Positions 16,599 through 21,012 of a stretch of 21,012 bases of DNA are shown one piece after another; position 1 is the first letter of the stretch; each line of letters begins with the position of its first letter. The notes beneath the pieces were generated by a model that did no database searches, was not told the DNA's origin, and saw only the letters and a program-made list of their open reading frames with translations. Position numbers and translations under genes: made by a program. This stretch comes from an uncultured Clostridium sp. (GTDB taxonomy: Bacteria > Bacillota > Clostridia > TANB77 > CAG-465), in assembly GCA_905204915.1 (NCBI GenBank), contig CAJLBR010000017.1:1-21012 (forward strand), read 5' to 3'.

Positions 16599-16630
16599 AA
16601 GTGGCCAAAATTTTTTGGCCACTTTTATAT
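16599..16630 (+). terminator. Rho-independent terminator of the 343-aa ORFan
   Basis: GTGGCC (16601-16606) pairs with GGCCAC (16617-16622), extended by A/T pairs, and is followed by TTTTATATT. Confidence 0.7.
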
Positions 16631-16673
16631 TATTTTCTTTTTGTATATGCTATAATGAACTAGGTGATATATA

Positions 16674-17084
16674 GTGAAATACGAATTTGAAGTAATTGGA
16701 AAGATAAATGGAAAGGCAAGACCTAGATTAAATATGTATACCGGTAAGGTATATACTCCTACAAATACTAAAGATTATGAAAATTTAATAAGAGAATATT
16801 TTAAAATAAAATACCATAGAAATGAAATTTTAAAAGGTAGAATAAAAGTAACTATTGTGGCATATTTTGCAGTTCCGAAAAGCACTAGTAAAAAAGATAG
16901 GGAAAATATGCTATTAGGTAATATAAGCCCAACTAAAAAGCCAGATATAGATAATATAGTAAAAATAGTACTCGATGCATTAAATAAATATGTGTTTGAA
17001 GATGATAATCAAATAACAAAACTTGATGTTGAGAAAGTTTATGCAGAAGAAGAAAAAGTATACGTTGCTATTGAAGAGTATTAG
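16674..17084 (+). CDS. rusA: RusA-family crossover junction endodeoxyribonuclease (Holliday junction resolvase)
   Basis: GKARPR near the N-terminus, the catalytic-region motif KKPDIDNIVKIVLDALNKYVFEDDNQI, and a size of 136 aa. GTG start after AGGTGA. Composition is AT-rich like the host. A possible extended -10 (TGCTATAAT) lies upstream. Confidence 0.85.
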   Translation: MKYEFEVIGKINGKARPRLNMYTGKVYTPTNTKDYENLIREYFKIKYHRNEILKGRIKVTIVAYFAVPKSTSKKDRENMLLGNISPTKKPDIDNIVKIVLDALNKYVFEDDNQITKLDVEKVYAEEEKVYVAIEEY

Positions 17085-17095
17085 ATAATATGAGT

Positions 17096-17124
17096 TTGAC
17101 ATAATTAGCTTTGTATGATATAAT
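17096..17124 (+). promoter_or_regulatory. Sigma-A-type promoter of the 159-aa ORFan
   Basis: TTGACA (17096-17101), a 17-nt spacer, then TATAAT (17119-17124). Confidence 0.6.
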
Positions 17125-17172
17125 CTGTTGGAAAAAATAAGAACACCTAAAATAATTTGGAGGTTAGAAGCT

Positions 17173-17652
17173 ATGATTGAAATTAAAAGAGCAACATTTA
17201 CTGGACTTTCTTATCCGGAATATTCTAAAGAAAAGGGATATTACACAACAGATGTAAAAATTTTTGATAAAGAGTTTAATACTATCTATCATGATGAGGA
17301 CTACTTTATTGGAAATACTCTGAATGAGGCAATTTTGAAATTTGATAAATTGAAAAGAGATTTTTGGCGAGTTGTTGGCAAGCCGAATGAAAGAGTTAAA
17401 AATTATCTTTATATTAATAAATCGGCATGGGTAATGTTGATAGAAGAAAAGCCAGTGGCTTTGGTCCCGGGAGATAAATCTAAAGATTTGTGCTTGAGTC
17501 TTGACAATTTTGAAGTATTTTCAAGCAGAAGTAAATACTTAGAGGCCTTCAGAGATATGAAAAAGAAGGAGATACTTGAAGAACTTGAAAACATTAGGAA
17601 AGCAGAAAAAAAGCTTGTGCAAAGGCTTAACGATTTAAATGAATTAGTATGA
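17173..17652 (+). CDS. ORFan protein, 159 aa, with a C-terminal coiled-coil-like tail
   Basis: GGAGG (17159-17163) lies 9 nt upstream of ATG 17173. The track's TTG start at 17128 sits immediately downstream of the -10 box (17119-17124), in the predicted 5' UTR, and is rejected. Hand GC count is 24/60 at 17441-17500. The C-terminus KKKEILEELENIRKAEKKLVQRLNDLNELV is heptad-like. Confidence 0.7.
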   Translation: MIEIKRATFTGLSYPEYSKEKGYYTTDVKIFDKEFNTIYHDEDYFIGNTLNEAILKFDKLKRDFWRVVGKPNERVKNYLYINKSAWVMLIEEKPVALVPGDKSKDLCLSLDNFEVFSSRSKYLEAFRDMKKKEILEELENIRKAEKKLVQRLNDLNELV

Positions 17653-17662
17653 TTCAACTTAA

Positions 17663-17690
17663 AGCTGTCATAATTTTATGACGGCTTTTT
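17663..17690 (+). terminator. Rho-independent terminator of the 159-aa ORFan
   Basis: AGCTGTCAT (17663-17671) pairs with ATGACGGCT (17678-17686), with one G-T wobble, and is followed by TTTT. Confidence 0.7.
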
Positions 17691-17753
17691 CATGCCTTTT
17701 ACACAATATAATCATTGGTTTTCCAAAATAACAAGTTATAATATGACTGTGAG

Positions 17754-18473
17754 GTGAAGTTGTTGAAAAGTGAATTTTTTAGACGAATAGAAAAAAAGTA
17801 CAAATTGACAAAGGAAGAATACGAAAAAATGAAATTATTAATAGATAGAGAATTTAACGAAGATAAACATGGAATGAGCACAATTTGCAATTTGTATTTT
17901 GATAGTGATGATTTTATATTAGTAAGAAAATCTATAGAAAAGCCAATATACAAAGAAAAAGTTAGATTAAGAAGTTATCAAGTACCAAGTTATGATTCAA
18001 ATGTATATTTAGAAATAAAGAAAAAGTATAAAGGAATTGTAAATAAGAGAAGAATTGTCATTAGTACTGAAGATATGAAAAAATACCTTAATGATGAATG
18101 TGAGGTTAAAGGTCAGGTATTTAAAGAAATTGATTATATCTTTAAAAGATATGATTTAAAACCCAAAGTATTTATAGCGTATGATAGAATGGCATATTTT
18201 AGTAAAGAAAATCCAAATTTGAGAATAACATTTGATTTTAATATTAGATATAGAACAGAGGATGTTGGGCTAGAAAATGGGGATGCAGGCCATCTACTTT
18301 TAAATGACAGTGAATGTATAATGGAAATAAAAACTTTAGATAACCTTCCATATGAATTTGCAAGATATTTATCTACTTTAAATGTTTATCCAACAACATT
18401 CTCAAAATATGGAAATGTATATAAAAAGATTAATAAGATTAATGAAAAAAATAAGGAGGAGTTTTATGTTTGA
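17754..18473 (+). CDS. VTC-domain (polyphosphate polymerase-like, CYTH/triphosphate-tunnel fold) protein
   Basis: RIEKKYKL near the N-terminus and alternating basic/acidic beta-strand motifs (VRLRSY, YLEIKKKYKGIVNKRR, RITFD, IMEIK) are typical of bacterial VTC-domain proteins. The start is ambiguous between GTG 17754, TTG 17760 and TTG 17763, because GAGG lies at 17751-17754. Confidence 0.78.
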   Translation: MKLLKSEFFRRIEKKYKLTKEEYEKMKLLIDREFNEDKHGMSTICNLYFDSDDFILVRKSIEKPIYKEKVRLRSYQVPSYDSNVYLEIKKKYKGIVNKRRIVISTEDMKKYLNDECEVKGQVFKEIDYIFKRYDLKPKVFIAYDRMAYFSKENPNLRITFDFNIRYRTEDVGLENGDAGHLLLNDSECIMEIKTLDNLPYEFARYLSTLNVYPTTFSKYGNVYKKINKINEKNKEEFYV

Positions 18474-19137
18474 AAGTATATTTAGTAGTGTAAGTAGTGG
18501 AGTGAGTATAAAAACAGCACTTATTGCAATACTTGCATCAATTGTTCTTGGTATAAGTATTGCTATATTATATATGAAATCTGGTAAATATAATAAAAAT
18601 TTTGTAATAACACTTGCGGTATTACCGCTTCTTGTTCAAGTTATAATTATGATGGTAAATGGCAATTTAGGAACTTCCGTAGCAGTTCTTGGAGCTTTTA
18701 GCTTGGTTAGATTCAGATCAACACCAGGAAATTCTAGGGATATAATTAGTATATTTTTTGCAATGGCAGTAGGGCTTGCAACAGGAATGGGACACATTTT
18801 GTTTGCTGTTACAGTAACTGTTATAGTTGGTTTATTAATATTTATACTTAATAAATTAAAGATATTTAATCAAGATAAAAATGAGAGAAAATTAAAAATT
18901 TTAATACCAGAGGATCTTGATTATACGGAAATTTTTGATGATATTTTTGATAAATATTTGGAAAAAGTTGAAGTGGAAAAGGTAAAAACTACAAATATGG
19001 GAAGTATGTACGAAATAGTTTATAATGTTATTTTAAAGGATAATAAATTGCAAAAAGAATTTATGGATAATTTAAGAATGAGAAATGGAAATTTAAATGT
19101 ATCACTATTTAGAGAAGAAAAATTAGAAACTTTATAA
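18466..19137 (+). CDS. DUF4956-family integral membrane protein
   Basis: Multiple TM helices and the conserved FSLVRFRS...D..F.F motif. ATG 18466 follows AAGGAGG and overlaps the VTC stop (ATGTTTGA). The track's upstream extension to 18382 is rejected. Confidence 0.8.
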   Translation: MFESIFSSVSSGVSIKTALIAILASIVLGISIAILYMKSGKYNKNFVITLAVLPLLVQVIIMMVNGNLGTSVAVLGAFSLVRFRSTPGNSRDIISIFFAMAVGLATGMGHILFAVTVTVIVGLLIFILNKLKIFNQDKNERKLKILIPEDLDYTEIFDDIFDKYLEKVEVEKVKTTNMGSMYEIVYNVILKDNKLQKEFMDNLRMRNGNLNVSLFREEKLETL

Positions 19138-19149
19138 GGAGAGTAAGTT

Positions 19150-21012
19150 ATGAATAAGAAAAGTATATGTATAATTTTTATAGGAGTAGCTGTTTTACTT
19201 ACAGGTATAATTCTAACACTCGTAAACAAAGATAGTACTTCTAATGGTGAAAATAGTGAAACTTCAAAAACAGCTACTATAAGCGATAATGTAGTAAAGA
19301 GCGTAGACTATGATAGTGATGAAGAAGAATATGAGTATAATATAGATACTTATATAAATTTAGAATCTGATAATGTTAGTATTGAAGGGAGTGGTGCAAG
19401 TAATTCAGATGGAGTAATAACAATAAATAAAGCTGGAAATTATAGCATTTCTGGTACCTTAAATAATGGTAAAATAATAGTAGATACAGATAAAAATAGT
19501 GTCGTAAAAATACTTTTAAATGGTGTTAATATTACATTTAATGATAGTTCTCCAATATTTGTAAAAGGTGCTAAGAAGTGTATTTTAACTTTAAAAGAAG
19601 GAACTGAAAGTACACTTGAAGATGCTTCTAGCTATACATATGAAAATAGTGATGAAGATGAACCAAGCGCTACAATATTTAGTAAGCAAGATTTAATAAT
19701 TAATGGAAAAGGGACATTAAAATTAAAAGCAAACTATAATGATGCTATATCTTCAAATGATGCTTTAAGAATTTTTGACACTAATATAGAAATTAATTCT
19801 GTAGATGACGGTATAAGAGGTAAAGATTACGTATATATAAAAAACAGTAACATAAAAGTAGAAGCTAGTGGAGATGGAATAAAATCAACTAATACAAATA
19901 GTGAAGACGTGGGATATGTAATTATTACTGATTCAACAGTAAATATAACTTCAGGAACAGATGGAATTGATGCTAAGGGTTCTATATACATAAATGGTGG
20001 AAAATTTAATATAGTAACAGGAGGTTCAAGTAGCAATTCACAAGATAAAGATACTTGGGGAAAATGGGATAAAAATGAATTTGGAAAAGAAAACATGAAA
20101 CCTCAGGATCCTGAAAGTAGCAATGATTCAAACGATACTCCAAGTGCTAAGGGTATAAAATCTGCTACAAATATTTTAATAGATGATGGAGAGTTTAACA
20201 TTGATTCATCTGATGATAGCATACATTCTAATAATACTATAAAAATAGAGAATGGAACATATGAAATAAGTTCTGGCGATGACGGAATACATGCAGATTC
20301 CGTACTTACAATAAATGATGGAAGTATTAATATAAAAAAGAGTTATGAAGGCTGTGAAAGTGCAGTTATAAATATAAATTGTGGAGATATTAATATTGTA
20401 TCTTCTGATGATGGTATTAATGTTGCAGGTGGAAAAGATTCTTCATCTGAAATGGGAAGACCAGGACAGAATAATTTTTCACAAACTAACAATTATTCAT
20501 TAAATATAAATGGTGGAAATATAGAAGTAGATGCTAAAGGAGATGGTTTAGATAGTAATGGAAATATTTATATAAATGGAGGTGATATAAAAGTATTTGG
20601 GCCAACAGATGATGGAAATGGAGCTTTAGACTATGACGGAACATGTGAGATTACTGGCGGAAATTTAGTAGCAATTGGAAGTTCAGGTATGATGCAAGCG
20701 CCATCTAGTAGTTCATCTCAATATTCATTAGTTTATGTCTTATCTTCAAATTATTCCGAAAACTCTGTAATAACTATAAAAGATTCTAGTGGGGATGAAG
20801 TTTTAAATATTACAGCTAAAAAACTATATAAATCTGTAGTATTTTCTAGTAGTAAAATAAAAAAAGATGAGACATATACAATTTATATAGATGGTACTGA
20901 ATCAGGTTCGTTAACGGCTAGTAGTATTACTACAACAAATGGAAAAACAAATAATATGGGAATGCCTTCACCAAATGATGGTGGTAATGGACCAGGAGGG
21001 CCAAGAAAATAA
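19150..21012 (+). CDS. Membrane-anchored/secreted Cthe_2159-like carbohydrate-binding beta-helix protein (620 aa)
   Basis: N-terminal anchor ICIIFIGVAVLLTGIILTLV. About 20-25-aa periodic repeats contain DDGI/GDGI/DGID (DDGIRGKD, GDGIKST, TDGIDAKG, DDSIHSN, DDGIHAD, DDGINVAG, GDGLDSNG), typical of this family and of its position after VTC/DUF4956 genes. Stop TAA is at the last base of the window. Confidence 0.72.
   Translation: MNKKSICIIFIGVAVLLTGIILTLVNKDSTSNGENSETSKTATISDNVVKSVDYDSDEEEYEYNIDTYINLESDNVSIEGSGASNSDGVITINKAGNYSISGTLNNGKIIVDTDKNSVVKILLNGVNITFNDSSPIFVKGAKKCILTLKEGTESTLEDASSYTYENSDEDEPSATIFSKQDLIINGKGTLKLKANYNDAISSNDALRIFDTNIEINSVDDGIRGKDYVYIKNSNIKVEASGDGIKSTNTNSEDVGYVIITDSTVNITSGTDGIDAKGSIYINGGKFNIVTGGSSSNSQDKDTWGKWDKNEFGKENMKPQDPESSNDSNDTPSAKGIKSATNILIDDGEFNIDSSDDSIHSNNTIKIENGTYEISSGDDGIHADSVLTINDGSINIKKSYEGCESAVININCGDINIVSSDDGINVAGGKDSSSEMGRPGQNNFSQTNNYSLNINGGNIEVDAKGDGLDSNGNIYINGGDIKVFGPTDDGNGALDYDGTCEITGGNLVAIGSSGMMQAPSSSSSQYSLVYVLSSNYSENSVITIKDSSGDEVLNITAKKLYKSVVFSSSKIKKDETYTIYIDGTESGSLTASSITTTNGKTNNMGMPSPNDGGNGPGGPRK

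Noticed and set aside
14397-17690. The higher-GC segments as a simple assembly chimera from another organism
   Set aside because: Each higher-GC ORF is embedded in AT-rich host-like intergenic DNA, with host-style promoters, RBSs and terminators, and composition switches at gene boundaries instead of at arbitrary points. This fits gene acquisition better than misassembly. The 55-nt repeat at the window start shows the assembly is not beyond suspicion, so read-level validation is still advisable.

Overview
This is a very AT-rich window from a spore-forming Firmicute, probably Clostridia; spoIIR is present and codon usage is rich in K, N and I. The backbone is ordinary housekeeping. It runs ligA (5'-truncated), mfd, a membrane-anchored parvulin PPIase, a TrmH/SpoU methyltransferase, a DUF378 protein and spoIIR on the minus strand. 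It continues with a DtxR-family regulator followed by a minimal SufC/SufBD pair, a DapB-like amine dehydrogenase-type oxidoreductase, a DHH phosphoesterase and a PLC-like hydrolase. At the right end is a VTC-domain / DUF4956 / Cthe_2159-like beta-helix operon. Five ORFan genes with clearly higher GC are embedded in this backbone: one at 8890-9273 and four between 14.4 and 17.7 kb. By hand count they reach about 40-48% GC in 60-nt lines, against 18% in one native line. Each sits in its own cassette with a TTGACA-N17-TAxAAT promoter and a hairpin terminator. The 14.4-17.7 kb block is the best candidate for something undescribed. It holds two tandem paralogous 123-aa acidic proteins with a conserved C-terminal CxxxC...IPxE..QY..QE.AEANGQ module, homologous promoters and an identical 24-nt terminator core. 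It also holds a divergently transcribed 343-aa ORFan, an orphan RusA resolvase and a 159-aa ORFan. I found no integrase, transposase, tRNA, rRNA or CRISPR array. The first 55 nt of the window exactly duplicate nt 286-340 inside ligA, which looks like an assembly (k=55) or chimeric-junction artefact. All functional calls come from motif recognition by eye; no searches were run.
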